A stretch of DNA of 63,005 nt, the filler included. It is 7 parts of 7 records of this genome, joined end to end, with 100 filler letters (N's around TTAATTAATTAA, not from the genome) between each part and the next. Parts side by side here need not be neighbours in the genome. Positions count along the whole stretch, not along the records: positions 1 to 10,039 come from SRR7504441_9907; positions 10,140 to 22,736 come from SRR7504441_9921; 5 more parts are not named here. One strand, given 5' to 3'. Below are positions 1 through 10,281 of the stretch, one piece after another. The notes below the pieces were generated by a model, which saw nothing but the letters and a program-made list of their open reading frames with translations, was not told the DNA's origin and did not search any database. A program made the translations under genes and the position numbers. The number at the start of each line of letters is the position of its first letter. Within the stretch, counting starts at the first letter, position 1.

Positions 1-3000
1 ATTGCACCCTTGGTTACTGCAGTGCCATACCGCAGCCACTGCAGTGGCACTGTTGAGCACACAGCTAAGAAATCCCAACCTCACATCGAGCCATAATTGA
101 GCACACCGCTGGAGATATTGTGGCCGGAGCAAGGCAGCTAAGAGCTCAACATTCTTCCTTTGGAGGTGGTGATCTCTTCCATAGGCTCGCTCAGTGGCAA
201 GTCCACTCAACGTCTCTCCAAACATAGCGTAGATCGGGGATGCTTGGCCTGAACTTAGTCGCTGCAGTTCCCGCGCTGATGCTCGATAGAAGTTGGTGAT
301 CAGCCAATACACAGCAATGAGGGGCAGAAGAACAACCAGCACAGAGGGTACAGTCACGACAAGCAAACCCATGGAGAGCAAACTGCGGACAATGGTCGTT
401 ACTACATTCTTCATAGTCCCGAAGAGGTCGATGTCGACCTTTTGAAGATCATTGGCAAACCGGTTGACTATTCGGCCCGTGAGTGTAGTGTCAAAGTAAA
501 GCATAGGAGCCCTCATTGTTGCCCAAAGGGCAGTACTGTGCATCGTGGTGCCGGCTACTATTGAGCGTTCTGACCAAATAAAAGTTGTCAGCGACGCGAT
601 CAGCATGTAGCCTAACAGTAAGCTGCCATATATCGTCACGAAAAACCATGTATCTACAGCCTGGTTGCCCTTTCCACCTTCCCCAGTGTAATATCCGACC
701 CAATAGGATGAGCCGGAATGGAGCGCCTGATAGAAGATGAGAGTACCGAGGATCAACGGACAATAGCAGACTCCAAGCAGCCTAAAGTAAAGAATCCAGA
801 TGCTGCTTGCCACCGCGCCAGTCTCTCTATCCTCTGCCACTACTAGCCCAGCCGTCTCTTCTGCATCTGCCCTTTCGTTCATCGCATGTGCCGATGCTTG
901 GGGCGACACATCAAACTGGCACGCAGAGAGGCCATTACCACTTACATCCAAAACTGAATCGCCAAAGTCAGAAAGTGTGCGAGAGAGAGTGCTGGATCCA
1001 GGCGCGCTGTCTGCATCAGATACTGTCCGGATCATGGCAGCCGTCGCAGGATCGGGGGTACTGCTTGTGGCTGTCATCGGGTCCAAACGGCCGCGCTGCA
1101 CTAGTTCAACAAAGCTTCCACAGTCAACAATCCGCCCAGCACCATCGATGTTTTCCATCAGGATAATCTGGTCCATTTTAGGCAGCCAGCGGGCAGCACG
1201 ATGTGTAGCCAGTAGGATGGTCTTGTTGGCAAGGACTCCGAAAATGCCTTTCTCCATCATGGTCTGTGCAGTTCCCACGTCAACAGCAGAGAGCACATCA
1301 TCAATGAGGTAGAGGTCAGCGTTTGAATAAACAGCACGTGCCAGACTGATCCCTGCCTTTTGGCCGCCCGACAAATTCAGTCCCTTTTCGCCAATCTCTG
1401 TCTCGTCCCCCTGACCTCCAGCAAATGCACTGATGTCTGTGACAAGCGCGCAGGCCTCCAGTGCCATTTTGTACCTCTTGGCATTGAAAGATCGGCCAAA
1501 GAGGATGTTTTCCTTGACAGTGGAGTGCAGTATGAAGGGTTGCTGGGAGCAATAAGCAATTTTGCCAGCAATTTCTACTCGGCCTGCCTCTAGTGGCACT
1601 TCATTGAGGATTCCTTGCAGCAGACTTGACTTGCCTGCGCCAACAGGCCCGACGATGCACGTAATCGTGCCCCGTCTGGCTGTGAAGCTGACATTCTGTA
1701 GTGTAGCATTACCTTGGATTGGCAGTAATGGACTCTCGCCACAAGAGGCAATCTCTTCCTTCAGTCTAGTGATCTCAGCTAGCTCAACATCAGCCAGCCC
1801 GTCGTCCACCGACTGGCTCGGGTCCTTTTTCTGCAGCCTATCAAGTTCATCTTGCTTCGCAGCCTTCCCGACCCGCCACCGGAACAATGCGTTGTGTAAC
1901 GATAGCGCCAGGCCGTCTGGACCGGGCAATGTACATGACTCAGGTACCCTCACATACCCGGACTCGCCGTCATCAGGTGTGACAACCAAGGAAACTGAGA
2001 CACCAGGCTCTGTAGGGGCACTGTCGAGGTAGCTGTGTACCTCGACCTCATCGGCTGCCAGGAAATTCCCAATTCGATCCATCGAGACCTTGATCTCTAG
2101 CACAAGCTGGATGACCTTAGGAAAGTTGGTCACAGGCCCAACCAGAATGTCAAACAGACTCAACGCGGTGAATGCTTCGGCCGGTGTCAGCCCGTCTTGG
2201 TCTGCCCACGCTGCCAGTCCTAGGCCAAGCACCCTCAGAAGCAGAGGTGCCGCACGGGCCGACAACTCAACCACGCAGACCTGCAGCCTGCGCCAGTAGC
2301 GGATCATCATGAGCTCGGCGGCCCGGGCGGACTCGACTTGGGCGTATAACTGGGACTCCCAACCAAGCATTTTGATGATCTTGATCCCCGAGAGCACCTC
2401 CGTGAACAGCTTGACCCGCTTGTCTCTGAGGATCTGAATCTCGCGCGTGTAGGCCAGCATCCTCTTCATTGCATACCGGTTGCCCGGAGCCAGAACAATC
2501 AGAACCAGCACCCCGACAAACGCAGGCCGGCCTATCACAGTATAAAGCAGGTAGACACAGACTGCGAATTTGAGTGGAATCGTCCAGACTCGGTGGACTG
2601 AGGCAGGGTTGTTAGCGAACCGGCTGGTATCGATCTGCATCAGATTCACTATGAACCCATGTGTAAATTGGGCCTGAGCTGGTTGTGACAGGCGCAGGGC
2701 CTTGGCAAAGATCAGGCTGGTAAGCGCTGCTCTGACCCTGATCGACAGCCGCATCATCGCCAAGCCGGCCTGGCTGTCAAAAACGGTGATCGATGCCGGC
2801 ACCAGGAGCATCATCCCCGCAATCAGATACCCGTCGGTTGTGCTCGACTGTTCGTCTTGAAGGGACAGCAGTAGCGACCGGAGCAGCAGCGGCGGAACAA
2901 ACTGGAACATGCTGCCCATGAACAGGAGCACTCCGGACAGGCAGAACGTGGCTCCGTGCAGTCGCCACAGCAGCCACCATACGCGGCTCGGTGTAACAGC

Positions 3001-3753
3001 ATCCTTGCCAGCGCCGTCTTTGGCGGCCAGGCGGGCCCATTCTGCCCGGGCGAGCTCGGCGGCTACTGCCGGGCGATCCTGCTCGAGCAGATCGTACAGC
3101 GAGTGCTCCTGCAGCGGTGCTTTGTTCCCAGCCCGCAGCAGCGGCTGGATCCAGCTGACCGACAGGCTGGCCCCTTCTTGTTCAGACAGCCTAGGCCCAT
3201 CCAGGCCCGCGGGCAGCTTGCCGTACGACTCAGGCGCGCTGCCAGGATCGAACGAGCTGGCAGAGCTCCTCCGCCGGAGCAGCACCGCGACCAGGAGTGC
3301 GCCAGTGGCACACCCGGCGCTGACCAGCCTGACGGCTGTCGACTCGCCTTGCCATTGTCGTATCAGGCCAGGCAGCTCATACGACAGCCCGACCAGCGCT
3401 TGGAGCGCCATCCATGCCCGTAGCCGCCACCCGAGCTGCTCGTCTGCCTTCTGCAGTCCGGCCGCCAGGACCCAGCCGGCCAGCTGCAGCCAGCCGGTCA
3501 AGTCCGGGCAGAACGCCAGTCGCGCCGCAAGCCCGCCCACATTGGCCAGGCTGGCCAGCAGCAGTGGGGCGGCCGAGCGGGTCTGCGGGGCGTCTGGGGC
3601 GTCGAGCCGGGAGTAGTGCGGGAGGCCATCTCTGCAGGCGCGCAGGGCCAAGCCGATGGCGTACGGGAGCAGGCCGAGACCGGTGAGTGCGGATGGCAGC
3701 CATCCGGGCGGGCACGCGGCGATGCCGAGCCGCGCAGCCAGCCAGCAAGACAT
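1..3753 (-). CDS. ABCC/MRP-type ABC transporter (3' end runs off the window; apparently intronless)
   Basis: Minus frame from ATG 3753 (MSCWLAARLG), open in all segments I spot-checked; absent from the ORF track, probably because it has no stop in the window. Lasso-like SWIQPLLRAG, Walker A GPVGAGKSSL, signature LSGGQK, Walker B LYLIDD, TMD2 motifs FDTTLTGRIVNRF and SPIYAMFGETLSGL. Confidence 0.93.
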   Translation of the reverse strand, partial: MSCWLAARLGIAACPPGWLPSALTGLGLLPYAIGLALRACRDGLPHYSRLDAPDAPQTRSAAPLLLASLANVGGLAARLAFCPDLTGWLQLAGWVLAAGLQKADEQLGWRLRAWMALQALVGLSYELPGLIRQWQGESTAVRLVSAGCATGALLVAVLLRRRSSASSFDPGSAPESYGKLPAGLDGPRLSEQEGASLSVSWIQPLLRAGNKAPLQEHSLYDLLEQDRPAVAAELARAEWARLAAKDGAGKDAVTPSRVWWLLWRLHGATFCLSGVLLFMGSMFQFVPPLLLRSLLLSLQDEQSSTTDGYLIAGMMLLVPASITVFDSQAGLAMMRLSIRVRAALTSLIFAKALRLSQPAQAQFTHGFIVNLMQIDTSRFANNPASVHRVWTIPLKFAVCVYLLYTVIGRPAFVGVLVLIVLAPGNRYAMKRMLAYTREIQILRDKRVKLFTEVLSGIKIIKMLGWESQLYAQVESARAAELMMIRYWRRLQVCVVELSARAAPLLLRVLGLGLAAWADQDGLTPAEAFTALSLFDILVGPVTNFPKVIQLVLEIKVSMDRIGNFLAADEVEVHSYLDSAPTEPGVSVSLVVTPDDGESGYVRVPESCTLPGPDGLALSLHNALFRWRVGKAAKQDELDRLQKKDPSQSVDDGLADVELAEITRLKEEIASCGESPLLPIQGNATLQNVSFTARRGTITCIVGPVGAGKSSLLQGILNEVPLEAGRVEIAGKIAYCSQQPFILHSTVKENILFGRSFNAKRYKMALEACALVTDISAFAGGQGDETEIGEKGLNLSGGQKAGISLARAVYSNADLYLIDDVLSAVDVGTAQTMMEKGIFGVLANKTILLATHRAARWLPKMDQIILMENIDGAGRIVDCGSFVELVQRGRLDPMTATSSTPDPATAAMIRTVSDADSAPGSSTLSRTLSDFGDSVLDVSGNGLSACQFDVSPQASAHAMNERADAEETAGLVVAEDRETGAVASSIWILYFRLLGVCYCPLILGTLIFYQALHSGSSYWVGYYTGEGGKGNQAVDTWFFVTIYGSLLLGYMLIASLTTFIWSERSIVAGTTMHSTALWATMRAPMLYFDTTLTGRIVNRFANDLQKVDIDLFGTMKNVVTTIVRSLLSMGLLVVTVPSVLVVLLPLIAVYWLITNFYRASARELQRLSSGQASPIYAMFGETLSGLATERAYGRDHHLQRKNVELLAALLRPQYLQRCAQLWLDVRLGFLSCVLNSATAVAAVWHCSNQGCN

Positions 3754-4573
3754 GTTGCACTTAGCCTGCTTGCTTCCCGAGCAGTAATTAGACAGTGCTC
3801 CATCGAAACTTGTTCCTATGATCCGTCGTCGCGTTGCCTGGCACCAACAAGTGAGCCAGGTAACTGGTTGAATGAGTCAACATACTCACAAGATAACAGG
3901 CGCTCCAGCAAAGTTGCCAAAGTACAACCGTAACGCTTGCGCGATCTCGAGTGTGCGCTTCGAGTGCAGCGGGATCGTGAAGACCCATTTGGTCCCACAG
4001 CATTGCCGGGCCCCGTTTAATTAAAGCATATCGACGGCAACACACATCAACACAGCGAAGGGGTCCAACCCAAAATATACTCGCCCGCGGTACAGGATGA
4101 CGGGCCGCATAAGGGCGATAATTTAGTTCCGGACTAGTAGATATCGCCGGTGTGTGGACTGATGATTCTGATTCTCGAGGGCAACGGCAACGGCAGCTTC
4201 GACTGATGATTCTGACGGGAGGTGGCAAGTGCGACAGGACGAATTGGCGTGCGCCGTGATGCAAGGGAGCCGCAAGGGGTTACAACAGGCAAGAGCCTCA
4301 GGCGAGGCTTAGCGGTAGCTCGGTGTTACGTACTTCAGTTGCCGTATTGTACAAGGTCATGTACTGTAACATTGACCTAACATTGAACTGATGACAACCC
4401 ATCATAAATGATTCCACAGTGGGAATTTCCGAATGTCGAACAGTAGACATTCCGCTCTGTTGATTAATTAACAGTTTAACACGAGTCTTATAGCATGATT
4501 CAATAATACTAATATAATATTGGTTACTTAGAACTTTAAAGATTTGGGCACGTCCCCGCTACCTTTGCCAAGG

Positions 4574-5356
4574 TCATGCCCTCTGACTATTCCGTTTGCA
4601 CAACTTCACTATGTGCATGGTAATGAACCACAACTCCGCAAGTGCAGCAAGCAGCCGACCAGCGACGAAGAAGGCCATCACTACGTCAAGCGTCACGCCG
4701 GAACGGAACCCGGCCCACTCATCGAGTGCGGAGGGCACAGCTGCAAGAGCAGGTTGCTGCGCTACGTAAAGAATCAAAGGCAGATACTGCAGCCCGATTA
4801 TAGTCCAGACTCCCAGTGAGGTGTAGAAACCGTTTGCCATTATGGCGCTGATCAGCCTAGGGCGCTTGATCGGCGGCTCCTTCCACCCGAGCCCGTGGCC
4901 GACAGTTGCGCTGAAACAAGTCCACTCCAGGGCCGATATCCAGCTGCCAAATGACGCCACTCTAGGCCACAGGAGAGACCGCGCCGTGTTATCAACCACG
5001 ACGTCAAACCAGGCTCCAAATGCCGATTGCTGTCCGAGCACTCGCGCGGCCCACCCGTCCACTTGATCGAGCAGTGCCTGTGTCAAGTACAGCCCGAAGA
5101 ACAGCTGGGGCTGATCAACGAAGACGCTCTTCTGGAAGGCCACAAGCACCAATCCGAGCCGGGCAGCATCGATAAGGTTGGGCACAAATAGAAGAACCTC
5201 CAGTACAGACCGCGATTCCTCCTCCCCAGAGTCAGCGCCGCCGGGCTCCTCGCCCTCCCCGGTCTCGGTGGCCGAGGATCCGCCAGACGAGCCCCCCCGG
5301 GCTCGTCGCCGCGTATCGGCCGCGGAGGCCCGCTCAGGTCCGCCACGCACTTGCAT
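4574..5356 (-). CDS. CDP-alcohol phosphatidyltransferase (phosphatidylinositol-synthase-like)
   Basis: VPNLIDAARL and the family motif DQVDGWAARVLGQQSAFGAWFDVVVD; several hydrophobic segments; start taken at ATG 5356. Confidence 0.85.
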   Translation of the reverse strand: MQVRGGPERASAADTRRRARGGSSGGSSATETGEGEEPGGADSGEEESRSVLEVLLFVPNLIDAARLGLVLVAFQKSVFVDQPQLFFGLYLTQALLDQVDGWAARVLGQQSAFGAWFDVVVDNTARSLLWPRVASFGSWISALEWTCFSATVGHGLGWKEPPIKRPRLISAIMANGFYTSLGVWTIIGLQYLPLILYVAQQPALAAVPSALDEWAGFRSGVTLDVVMAFFVAGRLLAALAELWFITMHIVKLCKRNSQRA

Positions 5357-5446
5357 TGCAGAGGTCGAACCCCACCGTCCGGCCACGGGCCGAGCACGCG
5401 ATGTCCGTTGGCGCGAATCCACGGTGCGTGGCCAGGTGCTGTGGGG

Positions 5447-6412
5447 ATGACTGACAGCCCGCGGACGTACGCCGCAGTCGACGACGCGACAGGCCGGCGG
5501 CTGAGCTACCGACTGTCGGGCCCGGCGTCGGCGGCGACCAGGCTGGTGTTCATCATGGGCCTGGGCGGGACCAAGGAGCAGTGGGAGCCGCAGGCCGAGC
5601 ACTTTGGGAGCAGCTGCCAGGTGCTCACCCTGGACAACCGGGGGATCGGGCTCTCGGACCCGTCGGCTGGCCGGTGGACCACGCGCGGGATGGCGGAGGA
5701 CGTGCTGGCGCTGCTGGACCACTGCGGCTGGCGGGGCCGGGTGCACGTGGTCGGGCTCTCGATGGGCGGGATGATCGCCCAGGAGCTCTGCCTGCTCCAG
5801 CTGCCTCGGTTCGCTTCGCTTACCCTACTGAGCACCATCGCCGGCGGGCTCAGCTCGCTAGGGCTCTTCGCGCTGTCGCTGCCCACAGGAATCAGCACTC
5901 TGGTCAGCACCTTCACCAGTAGCTCCCCCAACGCCCAGCTGGACAACGGCCTGCGCCTGCTCTTCCCGACGCCGTTCCTCGAGTCGTCGGCGCCGAATGC
6001 TTCGACCGGCGAGATGGAGACTAACTACAAGCGGCTCCGCCGGTCGCTGATCCAGCGGGGCAAGCAGTCTTACCAAGCGGCCCAAGCCGAGGGCGTGCCT
6101 ACGTTCCGGCTGGCAACTGTCGCAAAGCAGGCGCTGGCCGTGTCGACGCACCGTGTGAGCGCGTCGGACCTGAGGCGTTTAGGGGAGCATTTCGGTGGCG
6201 CTACGCTCGTGGTGACAGGTGACAGTGACATTTTGGTCCATCAGCGCAACGCCAGAATCCTAGCCGAAGGGATCCCGGGGGCGCGGCTGGTCACGCTGGC
6301 CGGAGCCGGGCACGGGGCCAATGAGCAGTGCTCGGATGAGGTGAACCAGGCGATCTTAGACAATGTCCGGCGAGGAGAGCAGAGGGTCTCTCGAATGCAG
6401 TCCAAGCTCTGA
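5447..6412 (+). CDS. Alpha/beta-fold hydrolase with C-terminal peroxisomal signal SKL
   Basis: FIMGLGG oxyanion region, LDNRGIGLS, nucleophile elbow GLSMGG, GDSDILV, AGHG; ends MQSKL-stop. Confidence 0.9.
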   Translation: MTDSPRTYAAVDDATGRRLSYRLSGPASAATRLVFIMGLGGTKEQWEPQAEHFGSSCQVLTLDNRGIGLSDPSAGRWTTRGMAEDVLALLDHCGWRGRVHVVGLSMGGMIAQELCLLQLPRFASLTLLSTIAGGLSSLGLFALSLPTGISTLVSTFTSSSPNAQLDNGLRLLFPTPFLESSAPNASTGEMETNYKRLRRSLIQRGKQSYQAAQAEGVPTFRLATVAKQALAVSTHRVSASDLRRLGEHFGGATLVVTGDSDILVHQRNARILAEGIPGARLVTLAGAGHGANEQCSDEVNQAILDNVRRGEQRVSRMQSKL

Positions 6413-6890
6413 CCTAGGCCTTCGGGTCTAGACTCGGTCTAGATCTGGAATCATAGGGTGTGCGCGACCGCTAGTTTGATGAATCAATACATATATACAC
6501 ACTAGAAAACGTCGAAGACGAGTTACGTAGACGACACGGACGATTGGGTTCATGATTTGGATATTATGCCTGCAGGTGACCTTCCGACCTTCAATGACCA
6601 GACACAGACAACGTCTACAATCGATCGGATACGGGTGCTGTTGGGAATGGGAGCCTCCTAATGATTGCCCGGCAGGGCGAGGAGAGACGCGCGTACCAGC
6701 TGCACGGAGTCAATTGAACGTGTCTTGCTGCGAGCCAAGCTGTAGCCGTACTGTAGCCGCACGTGTCCACGTGTTGGGCCCCCGTCCTGATGCCCCACAG
6801 CGTGCAACGGAACTCCCAGCAGTTGAGAGTTGCAGGCCGCCTACAGTGGGAGCGGCCGTGCGCCGGCTGAGCGCGCCCGGGGCGACCGGA

Positions 6891-9800
6891 ATGAGCGACT
6901 GGGCCGGCCCGAGCAGCTCCGACGACTCGGACGAGGACGGCTTCGCGGCGTGCTGCCGAGCGGCCACCGCCAGCAGCGAGGCGCTGGCCCGGCTGACGGG
7001 GGGGGAGCGGGGGCGGGACTGGCTGCAGATGGATTCTGTCGCCGATCGTTGGATGCTCCAGCTATGGAACAGCCAGCCGCCAGCGCACCTGGCCCAGGTC
7101 AACCAGCAGGTCCGCCGGCTCCGGCGGGAGCTCGACCAGCTGCGCCACCCGCCCTCGGCCAGCAGCCTGCCGGCACTAGCCAACATCCCGGACTCCGGCC
7201 CATCTGGGCGGGCGCTGGCCGCACTCCCGCCGGAGCACGCAGTGGCGCTGGCCCAACTGAGCCCGGTGGCGTACGCCACGGCTCTTGGGCCGCTGTCCGT
7301 GTCGGAGCAGGCCGCGGCTCTGGCGCTGCTGCCGGTCGAGGAGTGCGTCTCCGTGCTGGAGGCTCTGACTCAGGAGCAGCGGGCCGCCCTGGCCGGATTC
7401 ACCATGTGCGACGCCGATAGGTTGGCGCTGGGCCGACTGGAGCGGGTGGCGCTGGGGCCGATGTCCCCGAGGAGCAGAGCGGCAGCGCTCAAGCGGATGC
7501 CGGCCACGCAACAGGCCGCGGCACTACGTGCTCTGAACCCGGAGCAGCGGGCCATGGCCCTTGCGGCCATGACACGGGGAGCGAGGGCAGTGGTGCTAGG
7601 TGCGATGTCGCCTGAGGAGAAGGCGGCAGCTATGATGACGATGACGGAAGCTTTGAAGACACCGGAGGCGAGGGCCGCCGTGCTGGCAGCAATGGCTCCA
7701 GAGGATCACGCGGCAGCGTTGAAGGCGATGTCGGCCGACATGCCACCTCCATTGCAGAAGCTGCAGGAGCAGAGGAAAGCAGCCACTGCAGAAGCTCTCA
7801 GCCCGCCGGAGCAGCCGAGGAGCACCACAGCGTCCAATGCAACTCCAGTCAAGAAGGCCCCAAATCTCAAGTGGCATGACGATACTAGCACTTCTCCACA
7901 GTCACTAGCACCTCGTCAGACCCCGCCGCCGTATCCCCAGCCATCCCCAGCGGCTGGGAAGACAGAGATGCAGTCCGCGCAGGGTACTGCAGCGCTCGAG
8001 AGGACGGATGCAGAGAGGGCCACACAAAGGGGCGCCGGCTTGGAAGCCATGTCACGAGGCGAACTTCAGCAGAGTATCACAGCGATCGGGAAGGAGATTG
8101 ACATGGTGAGATCAGTAGCACTTGGAGCCATGCCGCCCCAGGAGAGGGCGGCAGCAATGGAAACTATGTCGCCCGAGCAAAATGCGGTGGTTCTGGGGAC
8201 TATGCTGCCTGAAAAGAGGGCAGCAGCTCTGGCGGTTATGTCGCCTGCGCAGATTGCTGCAGTACTGCAAGCTCTGCCACCCACAGAGAAGGCGGCAATT
8301 TTGCAAACGATGTCGCTTGAGAAGGGGTCAGCTGCACTGCAAGCCATGTCGCCCAAGGAGAGATCAGCTGTGTTGGAGGCCATGTCGCAAGAGGAGAGAG
8401 CGGCATTGCTAGAAGCCATACCGACGGAGAAGGCCGCTGCATTGGGGGGCATACCATCACAGGACAGTGCAACAGTCCATGAGCCATCGGAGGATTCAAG
8501 CCAACCAGAGTCACAAAACAGTGCGGCTTCCTCGTGTGCCCGAGCCTTCCACCAGGCAGTGTCGGATCAGCTGGAGGATGTGTCATCAGAGGAGAGCACG
8601 CCGGAGGGAAAGAGCCAAGACCTGGGCCAGCGGCTGCGGTCAAAGTTCCAGCAAGAAATAGAGAGCGACGTAATCGCGGCTGCGTTGCCGGAAGAGAGCG
8701 CTGCGGCATCTCAAGCATCGCAGCCCACCCTGCCCGCTCATATCGAAAGAAAAATTAGGAATGGGAGGCTATTTAATGAGAGCGAGTTGCTAGACATGTC
8801 ACCAGAGGAAAGGATGGCCGCTTTGGAAGCCATGTCGCATGACCAGCGGACTGCCATTTTAGAGGTCATGTCGCCGGGCGAGAGGGCAGCAGCACTTAAA
8901 GCTATGCCAATAGAGGAGAGAGTGGCAGCCTTGGGAGCAATGTCATCCATTAAGCAGGCTGCGGCATTAGGGGCCATGTCTTCCAGTGATAGTGCAGCAG
9001 CTCTGGAGGCTATGTCATCTGCAGCGCAGGCCGCAGCGCTGGAGGCTATGTCGCCGGAGAAGAAGGCAGCGGCGCTGGAGGCTATGTCGCCTGCCCAGAG
9101 GACCGCGACTTTGGAAATGATGCCGCCTGAGGCCAGGGCTGTAGTATTGCGAGCCATGTCGCCCAAGGGAAGGGCCACAGCGCTGAAGACTATGTCGCCG
9201 GAGGAGCAGGCCGTAGCTCTGAGAGCTTTACCGCCAGACCAGGCGAGATCAGCACTGGTTGCTATGTCGCCTGAGGAGCAGACGGGGACACTCGAGGCTA
9301 TGTCGCCAGAAGAGAGGGATGAAGCTTTGCGTGCCATGCTGCCATACGAGAGGGTCGCAGCATTGCAAGCGTTATCGCCCGAGGCGAGGGCAACAGCGCT
9401 GGGAGCCATATCGCCATTGGAAAAGGCAGCAGTACTGCAAGCAATGTCGCCCACGGAGAGAGCTGCAGCCTTGGAGACCATGTCATCGGAAGAAGCAGCG
9501 GTGGCGCTGGGAGCCATGACGCTGGAATACAGGGCAGCTGCACTTGCGGCTATGTCTCCGCAGGAAACAGTGAGCGTGCTGGAGGCTATGCTGCCAGAGG
9601 TAAGGGTGGCAGCCTTGCAAGGAATGCCACCAGAAGGGAGGGCTGCACTGCTTGAAGCCATGTCCATTGGGGAAAGGGCCGTCACGTTCGTGGCAATGTC
9701 TCCAGCAGAATGCGCGGACGCATTGGAGGCCATGCCACCTGAAGGTGGGGCGGCAACACTGGCTGCTATGTCACGTGCCAAGAGAGCAGCGACAATGGAA

Positions 9801-10039
9801 GCTATGACGCCTGAGGCGAGGAATAAGACCATAAAAGTCATGCTGCCTGCAGAGAGGATGGCTGCCCTGGAAGCCATGCTGCCCTGGGAGAGGGAGGCGG
9901 CAATCGAAGCCATGACGCCTCAGGAGAGGGCTGCTCTTCAAGATATGTCTATTGAGCAGACAGCGGCCGCGTTGGTGGACATGTCACCGGAGGAGCGGGC
10001 AGCAGCACCGCAAGGCATGTCGCCTGAGGCTCAGGCTGC
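6891..10039 (+). CDS. Ala/Met-rich protein with 12-aa tandem repeats (consensus MSPEERAAALEA); 3' truncated by the contig end
   Basis: Open frame of more than 1000 codons from ATG 6891; three arrays of degenerate 36-bp repeats. Confidence 0.75.
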
Positions 10040-10139
10040 NNNNNNNNNNNNNNNNNNNNNNNNNNNNNNNNNNNNNNNNNNNNTTAATTAATTAANNNNN
10101 NNNNNNNNNNNNNNNNNNNNNNNNNNNNNNNNNNNNNNN
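10040..10139. other. Artificial contig spacer (N44-TTAATTAATTAA-N44)
   Basis: Identical 100-bp linker with stops in all six frames, present six times in the window. Confidence 0.99.
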
Positions 10140-10281
10140 TAGGTTATGTGAGCCCCTAGGGCCCCGACTTTCTAATAATTGTACTTATATGTCATGGATA
10201 GGATCTCATATGTAGTAGGGTTTTCACACCGTTTTAAACCCATACTATTACCATACTATTACCATATTATCAAGTAATTTA

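Noticed and set aside
800-3933. Plus-strand ORFs of 100-235 aa
   Set aside because: Shadow frames of the GC-rich ABCC gene on the minus strand.
8738-9913. 391-aa minus-strand repeat ORF, or a CRISPR-like 36-bp array
   Set aside because: Antisense mirror of the 12-aa repeat gene; the repeats are degenerate at synonymous sites with no unique spacers and no cas genes.
10240-10270. Short tandem repeat CCATACTATTA
   Set aside because: About 2.7 copies in an AT-rich 3' region; no evidence of function.
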